Below, one piece after another: positions 19,367 to 28,416 of a stretch of 64,000 nucleotides of DNA. Made by a program: the position numbers and the translations under genes. Below the pieces are notes generated by a model. It saw only the letters and a list, made by a program, of their open reading frames with translations, had not been told where the DNA came from and searched no databases. Location: contig CAZBLH010000008.1 of the NCBI GenBank assembly GCA_964492775.1, positions 452 to 64,451 on the forward strand. The letters are read 5' to 3'. Position 1 is the stretch's first letter. Each line of letters opens with the position of its first letter. The DNA comes from an uncultured Eubacteriales bacterium (GTDB lineage Bacteria; Actinomycetota; Coriobacteriia; Anaerosomatales; PHET01).

Positions 19367-19395
19367 ATTATAGCGTGTGGCGCACTGATTTGCCA
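19367..19395 (-). promoter_or_regulatory. putative sigma-A-type promoter of veg (TGGCAA-17 nt-TATAAT)
   Basis: Perfect TATAAT on the minus strand (19367-19372), about 31 nt upstream of the veg ATG. The weak -35 TGGCAA lies at 19390-19395. Confidence 0.45.
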
Positions 19396-19423
19396 GCTGT
19401 CAGACTCTATTTGCGCGAACAAT

Positions 19424-20278
19424 TCACCGATCGAGCAGCACGCTACCGAGTCTGGCGAACGCCGAGAGAGACAGGGTCTCGGCGCGAGCGCCCTCATCGA
19501 TCTCGGCGCGCTCCAAGAGTGTTGCGACCTCATCGGCGGAGAGTCCGAGGGCTCCGCGTAGCGAATTCCGCACCGTCTTGCGCCGCTGAGCGAATGCTGC
19601 GTCGGCGGCGGACACGACCGCCGCCCGCAGCTCAGGCGCCATTGTCTCCTCGGCGCGCTCCAGCCGGATGACGGCGGACTCGACCCGGGGCGGTGGCAGG
19701 AAGCAGGAACTCGCGACGTTGAAGCGCCCTGCAGGTCGCACAAGAGTCTGCAGCTTAACGCTGTAGGCGCCGTAGTCTTTCGAGCCTGGAGACGCAGCCA
19801 TGCGATCGGCGACCTCGGCCTGCACCATCACCGTCGCCTGCCGAAGCGACGGGAGCAGCTCGAAGAAGCGCAGCACCACGGTCGCTGCAACCTGGTACGG
19901 GAGGTTGGCCACAAGCGCAGTTGGAGAGCCGAAGGGTTTGGACAACTGTTCTGGGCTCACGGTGACCGCATCGGCTTGCACGACCGCGAGGCGCGCACAC
20001 TCTGCGGTGGTCTCGGCAAGCACCGGGAGCAGCGCCTCATCGCGCTCGACGGCCACGACCGAGCCGGCCGCATCGCACAGCGCGAGCGTGAGCGTGCCGA
20101 TGCCGGGACCGACCTCGAGTGCTACGTCTTCGGGACCGAGTGCTGCGAGCCGCAGGATGCGACCGACGACGTTGTCGTCGACAAGAAAATGCTGGCCAAA
20201 GGACTTCTTGGTATAGAGCCCGTGCTGCTCGAGGACCTCGATGGTCGCAGTAGGCGATGCCAGCTTGGAGGCGGGCAC
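19424..20278 (-). CDS. rsmA: 16S rRNA (adenine1518/1519-N6)-dimethyltransferase
   Basis: KSFGQHFLVDDNVVGRI..LEVGPGIGTLT..ANLPY motifs. GTG at 20278 lies immediately after the upstream stop. The track ORF to 20611 is an over-extension. Confidence 0.9.
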   Translation of the reverse strand: MPASKLASPTATIEVLEQHGLYTKKSFGQHFLVDDNVVGRILRLAALGPEDVALEVGPGIGTLTLALCDAAGSVVAVERDEALLPVLAETTAECARLAVVQADAVTVSPEQLSKPFGSPTALVANLPYQVAATVVLRFFELLPSLRQATVMVQAEVADRMAASPGSKDYGAYSVKLQTLVRPAGRFNVASSCFLPPPRVESAVIRLERAEETMAPELRAAVVSAADAAFAQRRKTVRNSLRGALGLSADEVATLLERAEIDEGARAETLSLSAFARLGSVLLDR

Positions 20279-20279
20279 G

Positions 20280-21326
20280 TTAGTCGAGGATGACGATGGT
20301 GACCGAACGCCGACCCCACTGGCGCGCCTCGGCCACGGTGTCGAAGCAGAGGTCCACGTGCGCTCCCCTGACGCCGCCACCGGTATCCGCAGCCACAGCC
20401 TCACCGTAGCCCGGGATGTAGAGCCGCGTGCCGAGCGGGATGAAGCTCGGGTCAACAGCGACCACTCCGTGGCGCGCCTTCGCGCCGGTGGCCGTCGTCG
20501 AGTTGAGACCCGGCTGCTGGGCGGAGTAGCCCGTAGTGGACACGCGCACCGACTTGCCGCTGGGGCGCTTGGCGCTTGTCGTCGCCTTCGATGCGGGCTT
20601 CGCACCGGCATCCCGGCTCACCGCAATCGTCTTGGCAGGCGCTGCGCCGTCGGCGATCACCTTGGGGCGCGGAGCGGTCATGACGTGCTCGGCGGTGAGC
20701 ACGGGCGTGGATTCGATCCCGTTGACGACCACGACGCGGTACACGCGCAGGAGCGTGCCGGGGGCGCCTTCGTCGACGACCTTGGTCGCGCCCTTGGCAA
20801 GCGAAGGATCCTGCTTGCGCTCTACGCCGGCGGCGATGGTCGACTCCTCGCGCGCAACCTTGACGACCACGTCGGGAACGCTGATGGACATGCCCGCGAC
20901 GAGCGGGGTTGTGATCTCGGGAGTGACTCCTGGAACGCTGGACGGGTCGACACCCGCCGCGACGAGCGCATCTGCGACGGTATCGCCGACGACCTGGAGT
21001 TCAACGGGTTCGGAGCCGAGCTCGACGGTGACCGGTACCGCTCGGCGGACCACGATCACCATGCCCGGCTCAATGCGATTGCCCAGCGCAGGGCTCACGA
21101 CATCGGAGCCACCTACCGCCACGCCGGCATCGGCCAAGACACCTGCGACGTCCGCCGCTTGTGTCCTGACGCTACGAGGCTTCCCGTCAACCGCGACGGT
21201 GACCTCGGTCTGTGCCCACACGAACCCCGTGATACTGAGTGTGACGATGAGTGCTGGGACGATTGCTGCGACTAAGTGGTTTCTTCTTCTCGGGCTTCGT
21301 GCCGATCGAGTCGGCCGAAGACGCAC
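20280..21326 (-). CDS. YabE-like cell-wall protein (DUF348 repeats + G5 + 3D domain)
   Basis: N-terminal TM, then repeated VTVAVDG/VPVTVEL DUF348-like segments. The C-terminus has STTGYS..VAVDPSFIPLGTRLYIPGYGEAVAADTGGGV..HVDL (3D domain). Its position upstream of rsmA matches Bacillus yabE. Confidence 0.75.
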   Translation of the reverse strand: MRLRPTRSARSPRRRNHLVAAIVPALIVTLSITGFVWAQTEVTVAVDGKPRSVRTQAADVAGVLADAGVAVGGSDVVSPALGNRIEPGMVIVVRRAVPVTVELGSEPVELQVVGDTVADALVAAGVDPSSVPGVTPEITTPLVAGMSISVPDVVVKVAREESTIAAGVERKQDPSLAKGATKVVDEGAPGTLLRVYRVVVVNGIESTPVLTAEHVMTAPRPKVIADGAAPAKTIAVSRDAGAKPASKATTSAKRPSGKSVRVSTTGYSAQQPGLNSTTATGAKARHGVVAVDPSFIPLGTRLYIPGYGEAVAADTGGGVRGAHVDLCFDTVAEARQWGRRSVTIVILD

Positions 21327-21361
21327 CCGATGCCTTTCGGTTCGGTAACAGAACGCCTACC

Positions 21362-21394
21362 AGAAGAAAACGGTAGGACTTGAAAGCCTACCCC
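21362..21394 (-). terminator. intrinsic terminator after the flavoprotein gene
   Basis: The minus strand reads GGGGTAGG-CTTTCAAGT-CCTACC followed by GTTTTCTTCT. This lies 36 nt downstream of the stop at 21430. Confidence 0.6.
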
Positions 21395-21429
21395 TAACCC
21401 TGCTCTCCCGCAAACCCGCAGGTCGCCCC

Positions 21430-22050
21430 TCAGGCCTCAGAAGTCTGCCTGCCGAGCACCGCGCGCCGGACGAGTTCACCGCCGATCCATTCGGCCTGGG
21501 CGAGCATCTCCGGATAGCGCTCGATGTCGCCACGCTTGTCGATTCCGACGTACTCGTAGGCCTCGCCGATCTCGACCTCGAGGACGTTCATCACGCTTCT
21601 TGTGGGGGTCACGGCGCACTGCGTGCCGAAGGGATCTCCACCGCCTCCGACCACCAGGAGTGCGCCAGGCCGTCTCTGAGCCCTACGCGGCTCGTGCAGC
21701 ACATAACGCCTCGCCCAGTACGGCTGGCAGCGATCGTACAGCGCCTTGAGGCTTGCAGGGACGCTCGCGAAGTACACGGGCGTGACAACGGCGATCGCGT
21801 TTGCCGAGTCCAGCAGCGGGTAGACGTCGTTCATCCCGTCGTGCACGATGCAGCGGCCGTCGGAGGAGCACGCGTTGCAGCCTCGGCAAGGCGCGATTCC
21901 CGCATGGGACGGGGCGATCGCGACGGCGACACCGCCCTCGTCTTGGACGCCATGGATCAGGGCCTCGGCAAGACGGTCGGAGTTGCCGCCCCTACGCGGG
22001 CTGCCAACTATGCAGAGCACGTGAGGTGCGTAGGCGATCTCGGCACTCAT
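21430..22050 (-). CDS. NADPH-dependent FMN reductase / iron-sulfur flavoprotein family protein
   Basis: VLCIVGSPRRGGNSDRLAEAL..CRGCNAC..AIAVVTPVYFASVPASLKAL is typical of the flavodoxin-like fold. The ATG overlaps the tatD stop (ATGA). Confidence 0.65.
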   Translation of the reverse strand: MSAEIAYAPHVLCIVGSPRRGGNSDRLAEALIHGVQDEGGVAVAIAPSHAGIAPCRGCNACSSDGRCIVHDGMNDVYPLLDSANAIAVVTPVYFASVPASLKALYDRCQPYWARRYVLHEPRRAQRRPGALLVVGGGGDPFGTQCAVTPTRSVMNVLEVEIGEAYEYVGIDKRGDIERYPEMLAQAEWIGGELVRRAVLGRQTSEA

Positions 22051-22958
22051 GCGCGCGTCCTCGCAAGCAGTCGCAGGGCGGCATCGAACGCAGCCTGCGC
22101 GAACTCCTCGGCGGGCTCTTCACGCACCTCGGCAATGCGCGCCGCCGAGAAGACCGTGAACGCCGGCTCACACTTCTGGCCTCGGAAGGGCTCGGGGGCC
22201 ATGAACGGGCAGTCGGTCTCGGTGAGGATGCGGCCGGCGGGTACGACCGCCGCGGCGGCGCGGATCTGCTCGGCGCTCTTGAAGGTGACCGGCCCGGCGA
22301 AGCTCACGTGGCAGCCCAGTTCGAGGAAGGGTTGCATCTCCTCAGGGCCGAGCGTGTAGCAGTGTAGGATCGCGCCTGCCCCGGGCATACCGGATTCGCG
22401 CAGGATCGCGAGGCCGTCGTCGTGCGCCTCTCGCAGATGGATGACGGCCGGGAGCGCGAACTCGTGGGCGAGCTCCAGGTGGCGACGGAATCGGTCGCGC
22501 TGGATCTCGCGCGGCGAGTGGTCGTAGTGGTAGTCGAGGCCGGCCTCGCCGATCGCGCAGGTCGCGGGATCGGCGGCCAGGCGCCTGAGTTCGCGCTCGG
22601 CGTCAACACCGTACTCCTTGGCGTTATGAGGGTGCGCACCGACGATCACGCGCACCTGCGGAACGCGCACGCCGGATGCTCCGGCGCCCGCGAGCATCTC
22701 GCGCGCATTCGCCAGCCAGCTCGCCAGCTCGTCGTAGGAGCGCCACCCGTCCTCGGTCACGTCGGCCACGGTCGCGATGAACTCGACCCCGGCCAGTGCG
22801 GCCCGCGCGAGAGCGAGCGCGGGGTCCTCGAGCATGTCGAGGTGCGCGTGGGTGTCGGCCACTCCCGCACCGAGGCGCGGAGCCTCGACGGGGCGGCCCT
22901 TGGAGTCCGTAAACACCGGCCCTGCAAGCGGACCGTGCGGTTGCTCGTCTGTGGCCAC
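22047..22958 (-). CDS. tatD: TatD family metal-dependent hydrolase (YabD-like)
   Basis: DTHAHLD..GEAGLDYHY..HLREAHDD..ETDCPF motifs. It lies downstream of metG as in Bacillus. Confidence 0.88.
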   Translation of the reverse strand: MATDEQPHGPLAGPVFTDSKGRPVEAPRLGAGVADTHAHLDMLEDPALALARAALAGVEFIATVADVTEDGWRSYDELASWLANAREMLAGAGASGVRVPQVRVIVGAHPHNAKEYGVDAERELRRLAADPATCAIGEAGLDYHYDHSPREIQRDRFRRHLELAHEFALPAVIHLREAHDDGLAILRESGMPGAGAILHCYTLGPEEMQPFLELGCHVSFAGPVTFKSAEQIRAAAAVVPAGRILTETDCPFMAPEPFRGQKCEPAFTVFSAARIAEVREEPAEEFAQAAFDAALRLLARTRA

Positions 22959-22979
22959 GGGTTTCCTCCTAGTTGAGCC

Positions 22980-24533
22980 TCAGTCCTCGTCGACGATTCG
23001 CGGGAAGAGCGGCTCGCCCTTTTCCACGCTCCCACCCGCTGGCAGGCCGCCCCACGCGGCCTCCTCAGCAAGCGTGGTCACCGCGCCGATGTCGCCGAGG
23101 GAGAGGCGACGCCAGACTTCAGCGGAGGTGTTCGGCATCACGGGGGCGGTGAAGAGAGCGGCGATGCGCACGGCCTCGAGCGCGTTGTAGATCACCGCAG
23201 CGAGACGAGGGCGCGTCTCGTCGGTCTTGGCGAGGTTCCAGGGGGCGCGATCCTCGATGTAGCGGTTGGCGGCCTTGATGAGATCCCACGCGGCCTCGAG
23301 AGCGCCCGCGTAGTCGAGCGCGGACATCGCCTGCTCGTAGCGTTCCGGCAGCGCTTTGGCGACGTCGACGAGCGGCGCGTCCTCCTCGGCGACACAGGCA
23401 TCGCCTGGCACGGGAACCACGCCGTCGAAGTACTTGCCGACCATGTTGAACAGCCGGGAGCACAGGTTGCCCCAGTCGTTCGCAAGGTCGCCGTTGTAGC
23501 GCTGCACCATCGACTCGAGCGAGACGGAGCCGTCCTGCCCGAACTGCACATCGCGCAGGAAGTAGTAGCGGTACGCGTCGACACCGAACTGCTCGGCGAG
23601 CTCGGCAGGGGCCATGACGTTGCCCTTGGACTTGCTCATCTTCTCGCCCTTGGTGAGCAGGAAGCCGTGCGCAAAGACGGTGCCGGGGATCGGCAGGCCC
23701 GCGGCCATGAGCATCGCCGGCCAGATCACGCAGTGAAAGCGGATGATGTCCTTGCCCACGAAGTGGAACTGCGCAGGCCAGCGCTTCGCGAACTCCTCGG
23801 TACGCTCGGGGTCGCCGTAGCCGACGGCGGTGATGTAGTTGATGAGCGCATCGAACCATACGTAGACGGTGTGCGTCTCGTCCCAGGGCAGCGGGATGCC
23901 CCACTTGACGTTAGCGCGCGAGATTGACAGGTCGCGCAGCCCACCCTTCACGAAGCTCAGGACCTCGTTGCGCCGGGACTCGGGGCCGATGAACTCGGGG
24001 TGCGCCTCGTAGTGCTCGAGCAGCCGCTCCTGGTATGCCGAGAGGCGAAAGAAGTAGTTGTCCTCGCGCACGAACTCGAGCGGGCGGCCGCACTGCGGGC
24101 AGCAACCCTCAACGAGCTGGTCCTCGGCCCAGTAGGTCTCGTCCGGCACGCAGTACCAGCCCTCGTAGTGACCTTTGTAGATGTCGCCGCGGTCGTACAG
24201 GACCTGCGCGAGCGCCTGAACCGCCCGGGTCTGGCGCTCCTGGGTGGTCCTGATGAAGTCGTCGTTGGTGATGTCGAGAAGCTTCCAGGTCTCAATGAAC
24301 TTCTCGGCAAGGTGATCGCACCACTCCTGCGGCTCCATGCCGTTGGCCTGCGCCGCCTGCTCAACCTTCTGCCCGTGCTCGTCGAGTCCGGTGAGGAAGA
24401 AGACATCGTCGCCGGCGAGGCGCCGGTAGCGCGCGAGAGCGTCGGCGGCGATCGTCGTGTACGCGGTGCCCAGATGCGGCACCGAGTTCACGTAGTAGAT
24501 AGGCGTGGTGATAAAGAAGCTGCGTGGTGGCAT
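22980..24533 (-). CDS. metG: methionine--tRNA ligase
   Basis: ATG at 24533; FFITTPIYYVNSVPHLGTAYT (HIGH-type) and KMSKSKGN (KMSKS). The track ORF start at 24695 is an over-extension. Confidence 0.95.
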   Translation of the reverse strand: MPPRSFFITTPIYYVNSVPHLGTAYTTIAADALARYRRLAGDDVFFLTGLDEHGQKVEQAAQANGMEPQEWCDHLAEKFIETWKLLDITNDDFIRTTQERQTRAVQALAQVLYDRGDIYKGHYEGWYCVPDETYWAEDQLVEGCCPQCGRPLEFVREDNYFFRLSAYQERLLEHYEAHPEFIGPESRRNEVLSFVKGGLRDLSISRANVKWGIPLPWDETHTVYVWFDALINYITAVGYGDPERTEEFAKRWPAQFHFVGKDIIRFHCVIWPAMLMAAGLPIPGTVFAHGFLLTKGEKMSKSKGNVMAPAELAEQFGVDAYRYYFLRDVQFGQDGSVSLESMVQRYNGDLANDWGNLCSRLFNMVGKYFDGVVPVPGDACVAEEDAPLVDVAKALPERYEQAMSALDYAGALEAAWDLIKAANRYIEDRAPWNLAKTDETRPRLAAVIYNALEAVRIAALFTAPVMPNTSAEVWRRLSLGDIGAVTTLAEEAAWGGLPAGGSVEKGEPLFPRIVDED

Positions 24534-24704
24534 CGTGTCAGGGCTCCGTAACGACGGTAAGTGGTGCAACTGCATCCATCGGCTGCATGACTCAGACCCC
24601 GATTCTAACCGTTCGGGGCAGGTTGTATCCCCGTGACCGCTCCAATGGGCGATCGCGTCCGGATCATCCGCGAAACGCGTCGCCCGCTCCGGCATGTGCC
24701 GACG

Positions 24705-25541
24705 TCAGGTGCGATGTGCGATTCGGTAGACCTCTTTCTTGGCGAGACCGAGATCGCTCGCAACCTGTTTGACGGCGGCGGTGCGGCTCTCGCCTGCCGA
24801 GACGAGCGCTTCGACCCGCGCGAGGACCTCCTCGTCATCGGGCACCTCGACAGCCTGGGCGACCGGCGGTCCCACAAGCAAGACCACCTCGCCTTTGAGC
24901 GAGTCGCGCTCGGCGATCGTGGTCGCGACCTCCTCGAGCGGGCCGCGCACGACCTCCTCGTGCAGCTTCGTCAGTTCGCGCGCCATCGCTCCCGAGCGCC
25001 CCGGGAACGCCTCGGCAAGCGAGGCAAGCGAGGCGGCGGTGCGGTGCGGCGACTCGTAGAAGATGAGCGTGGCGTCGAGGTCAGCGAACGCCGCGAGTGC
25101 GCGGGCCCGCTCGCCGGTCTTTCTCGGCAAGAAGCCGCCGAAGTAGAACGCGCGCGTGGGCAGCCCGCTCGCGACGAGCGCGGTGATGGCCGCCGAGGGG
25201 CCAGGGAGCACGTCGACGGCGATGCCTGCGGTGAGCGCCGCGTCCACGAGCACCGCGCCGGGGTCGCTCACGCCGGGCGTTCCCGCGTCCGACGTGAGCG
25301 CGAAGGTCTCACCGGCCGCGAGCCGAGCAACGAACTCCGGCGTCCGGGAAGCCGCGACGTGCTCGTCGTAGCGCTCGAGCGGCGTAGATATGTCGTAGCG
25401 TGCCAGGAGCTTGCGTGATACGCGCGTGTCCTCGGCAAGGACGGCGTCTGCCTCACGGAGCGCGTCAAGCACCCTCAGCGTCACATCGCCGAGGTTGCCG
25501 ATCGGGGTCGCGCAGACGAGCAGGCGGCCGGACTCAGGCAT
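24705..25541 (-). CDS. rsmI: 16S rRNA (cytidine1402-2'-O)-methyltransferase
   Basis: LLVCATPIGNLGDVTLRVLDAL..AEDTR..SDAGTPGVSDPG are canonical RsmI motifs. Confidence 0.9.
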   Translation of the reverse strand: MPESGRLLVCATPIGNLGDVTLRVLDALREADAVLAEDTRVSRKLLARYDISTPLERYDEHVAASRTPEFVARLAAGETFALTSDAGTPGVSDPGAVLVDAALTAGIAVDVLPGPSAAITALVASGLPTRAFYFGGFLPRKTGERARALAAFADLDATLIFYESPHRTAASLASLAEAFPGRSGAMARELTKLHEEVVRGPLEEVATTIAERDSLKGEVVLLVGPPVAQAVEVPDDEEVLARVEALVSAGESRTAAVKQVASDLGLAKKEVYRIAHRT

Positions 25542-26661
25542 CGGGAGCCTGAGGCGGCGCAGGCGGCTGAGGTGCGACCGGGGGTTCGGGCGCGGGCGGT
25601 GCCGGCGCTTGAGGCGCGGGCGCGACAGGCGGTTGCCAGCCAGCGGGCGCGACCGGGACGACCGGCTGCGGCATCGGCGCTACAGCGACCTCCATGCCCG
25701 TCATCTTGCGGAAGAAGATCGTCCACAGAGCCGACGTGAACGTGCCCCAGATCGCCGAGTACAGGAACCCGATGATTGTGATCAACAGGGTCATGACCCC
25801 GACTCCCACGAACAGCGAGGCCATGTCGCCGGAGCGCATCGTGATCAGCGTCGGAGCGAGAACGGCCAAAGCCACTAGGAATATCGGGATAGCGATGACT
25901 ATGGACGCCACGATGTTGAGGCCCGAGTTGATGAGGTACATCAGGAACGAGTTCTTGAAGTCACCACGTATGAAACGCCAAGCGTCGCCAATTGACTCGA
26001 ATACCCGCCTGCCTCCGATCATCAGGTAGCGCTGCGCGATGAGCCGGATCAGATCGAGCAGGAAGCCAACCACGATGAGCAGCGGGATACCGATCGCCAG
26101 GCTCCCGCACACCGGTGCCGCAAGCGCGGCAGAGGGCTCATTCCCGGCGATGAGCGTACTGACGAGCGGGACGACCGCCACGGCAATCATCACCACGGCA
26201 ATCACGAACGTGGGCAAGGCAAGGATGAACGAGAGCCCGAACTGCGCGAAGATCCTGGAGAATCCCGCAGCCCACAACTCGCCGAGGCGCACCGGGTTGC
26301 CCGACTCTATCTCGTTCACGCCGACGATCAGCCCGCCGCGTGCAGCGAAGGACAGGATCCACCAAAGAATGCCGAGGAAGACGAGAAGCGCTACAACGCC
26401 GATGATCAGCGGCAGCCACTCGGCGAAGGCCTCGAAGTCCGGCATCCCGGTGAAGTCGAAGTCTGGTCCGGAGCCACCTTGGCCTCCTGTGAAGTCGCCT
26501 CCACCGCCGCTCCCGCCGCCACCCTGGCAGCCACCTGAGATCCCGGCGAAGAGCCCGAGCACCCACAGAACCTTGTGGCGCCACATGATCTCCCACGCAC
26601 GCTTGATGATCGCGCCGTACTCCATCTCGTCCTCCCCCATCGAGAGCCCGGCGAATGCCAC
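25534..26661 (-). CDS. polytopic membrane protein with Gly-rich loop and Pro-rich C-terminal tail, function unknown
   Basis: Multiple hydrophobic helices. There is a GGGGSGGGGDFTGGQGGSG loop, and the C-terminal 60 aa are Pro/Ala/Gln-rich. The gene overlaps the rsmI start by 8 nt. The start is uncertain (internal MEYGAIIKRAW is possible). Confidence 0.5.
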   Translation of the reverse strand: MAFAGLSMGEDEMEYGAIIKRAWEIMWRHKVLWVLGLFAGISGGCQGGGGSGGGGDFTGGQGGSGPDFDFTGMPDFEAFAEWLPLIIGVVALLVFLGILWWILSFAARGGLIVGVNEIESGNPVRLGELWAAGFSRIFAQFGLSFILALPTFVIAVVMIAVAVVPLVSTLIAGNEPSAALAAPVCGSLAIGIPLLIVVGFLLDLIRLIAQRYLMIGGRRVFESIGDAWRFIRGDFKNSFLMYLINSGLNIVASIVIAIPIFLVALAVLAPTLITMRSGDMASLFVGVGVMTLLITIIGFLYSAIWGTFTSALWTIFFRKMTGMEVAVAPMPQPVVPVAPAGWQPPVAPAPQAPAPPAPEPPVAPQPPAPPQAPDA

Positions 26662-26686
26662 CGGACATCTCCGTTACGAAGCATCC

Positions 26687-27661
26687 TTACCTGTGCAGAC
26701 CTTCCCGCGCATCGTACTCGTCGAATGCGAGGGCAGCCGCACCCAAGATGCCTGCATCATTGCCGAGCACGGCGTCGATGACGCGCACGTCTTTGCGCCC
26801 TGCAAGCGCCTCGCTCTGCACAACCTCGGCAGCTCGGGTGATTAGCGTGGGCGCGTTCTCGCCCACACCACCGCCCACCACGATGAGCTGCGGGTTGAAG
26901 ATGTTCACAAACCCGACGAGCGCTCGGCCGAGGATCTCCCCGACCTCGTCGAGAATCCCGAGTGCAACCGGATCGCCCGTCCTGGCTGCCGCGGTCACCG
27001 AGTCGGCATCCACAGCGCTCCTGTCGCCCCCCGCAGCCTCCACGATGGCTTGGCCCTTGTACTGCTCGGCGGCCTCTCGGGCACGCCCCTGCAATGCCGC
27101 CCTGCCGAGATACGACTCGAGGTGCCCACGCCCACCGCAAGGGCAGGGCGGTCCATCGAGGTCTATGACGATGTGGCCGATCTCGCCGCCGAGCCCGCGG
27201 CTTCCCCGGTAGGGCTCGCCGTTAACGAAGATTCCGCCGCCGACGCCGGTCCCGAGCGTGATCATCAGGAAATCGCGCGTGTCCTTCGCTGCGCCGTAGC
27301 GGAACTCGCCGTAGGCGGCCAGGTTGCCGTCGTTGTCGATGGTGATCTCGTGCTTGGTGCGCGACATGGCAAGCGACCGGACATCCACGCCCGCCAGCGG
27401 GAGGTTCGTGCAGAACTCGATGGACTGCTTGCGGAAGTCGATCTGAGCGGGAAGACCGGCGCCGATACCCACACACTCCGCGTGGGAGATCCCGACCGAA
27501 ACCTCCTCGATGAGATCGATGATAGTGTCGACGACGCCAAACGGCCCGGTGTTGGGAGTCGGCCGAAACGCGTCCCTCACAATCCGGCCCTTTCGCTCGA
27601 CGAGCCCGACAGCCGTCCGGGTCCCGCCGACGTCAACACCTATCGCGTAGTTGGGCCGCAT
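26687..27661 (-). CDS. ROK family glucokinase
   Basis: IGVDVGGTRTAVGLV at the N-terminus, plus GHIVIDLDGPPCPCGGRGHLE (the ROK zinc motif). Confidence 0.85.
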   Translation of the reverse strand: MRPNYAIGVDVGGTRTAVGLVERKGRIVRDAFRPTPNTGPFGVVDTIIDLIEEVSVGISHAECVGIGAGLPAQIDFRKQSIEFCTNLPLAGVDVRSLAMSRTKHEITIDNDGNLAAYGEFRYGAAKDTRDFLMITLGTGVGGGIFVNGEPYRGSRGLGGEIGHIVIDLDGPPCPCGGRGHLESYLGRAALQGRAREAAEQYKGQAIVEAAGGDRSAVDADSVTAAARTGDPVALGILDEVGEILGRALVGFVNIFNPQLIVVGGGVGENAPTLITRAAEVVQSEALAGRKDVRVIDAVLGNDAGILGAAALAFDEYDAREGLHR

Positions 27662-27787
27662 GCCTCACATCTCCTGTTCACGCAGCGTAAAGCCGCTCGG
27701 TTTCGGAACACGCCAGAATGATGATACCCGCTCGGCATGACACGCCGACGTCTGTGGACCAGGCTCCGCGTCGGGCATCTCGCCTCG

Positions 27788-28294
27788 TCAGAAGTCCCAG
27801 CCGATGCCTGCCGGTCCACGCAGCTGCCCGAGTTCGCGCATCCGGTCGGCCATCTCGCGCTCGCTCACGCCGAAGAGACGCGCGAGGTACCGGTGGTCGT
27901 TGAACCAGAGCCGCGCCTGCGCGATAACGAGGTCCTTTGGAAGCAGGATCTCGCGGGCGACAAGGTCGGCGCCTGTGTGCGCGCAGGCGCCCCGCGGGTA
28001 CGCGTCCTCCTCGCCAGCGAGCACGAGAAGCACGTGGCCGAGCATATGTGCCAGCGCTCTGCGTCGCTCGATCTCGGGTTGCGCCCAGTTCACGACCATG
28101 ACGGGCAGGCCGTCCTCGTAGACCGTGGCCGCCGTGAAGAACGCGGGCAGGCTCACCGCGCGCACGGGGATTCCGAGCGAACGAATCAGCGCATCCACAG
28201 GCACCGGCGGCTCGACGACGTCATGTCGTGCAAGCGCGTCGGTGGCGACGGCTCGGTAGTATGCTTCCGATCTTAGGGGCACGCGGCTCGCCAA
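27788..28294 (-). CDS. ImmA/IrrE-like (DUF955) protein with altered metal motif HMLGH
   Basis: 168 aa; RRRALAHMLGHVLL aligns with the HExxH helix of ImmA/IrrE peptidases, but Glu is replaced by Met. TTG start, uncertain. Confidence 0.45.
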   Translation of the reverse strand: MASRVPLRSEAYYRAVATDALARHDVVEPPVPVDALIRSLGIPVRAVSLPAFFTAATVYEDGLPVMVVNWAQPEIERRRALAHMLGHVLLVLAGEEDAYPRGACAHTGADLVAREILLPKDLVIAQARLWFNDHRYLARLFGVSEREMADRMRELGQLRGPAGIGWDF

Positions 28295-28416
28295 CTCGCT
28301 CGCAGACGACGTCGCTTCATATATCGGCAGCCGAGCGCGGGGGCTGTCATGCGATTGTGCGCAATATCACACTTTCCGGATGAAGGTGAACGCCTCGTCG
28401 CCCGATACATAAGTCA

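Noticed and set aside
21327-21429. Possible c-di-AMP (ydaO-type) riboswitch upstream of the yabE-like wall-protein gene
   Set aside because: The spacer is about 100 nt and is largely occupied by the upstream gene's terminator hairpin. None of the conserved ydaO pseudo-symmetric motifs were recognisable.
24534-24704. Possible T-box leader upstream of metG
   Set aside because: The spacer is only about 170 nt. I could not find the conserved T-box sequence (AGGGTGGTACCGCG-like) or a specifier-loop arrangement on the minus strand.
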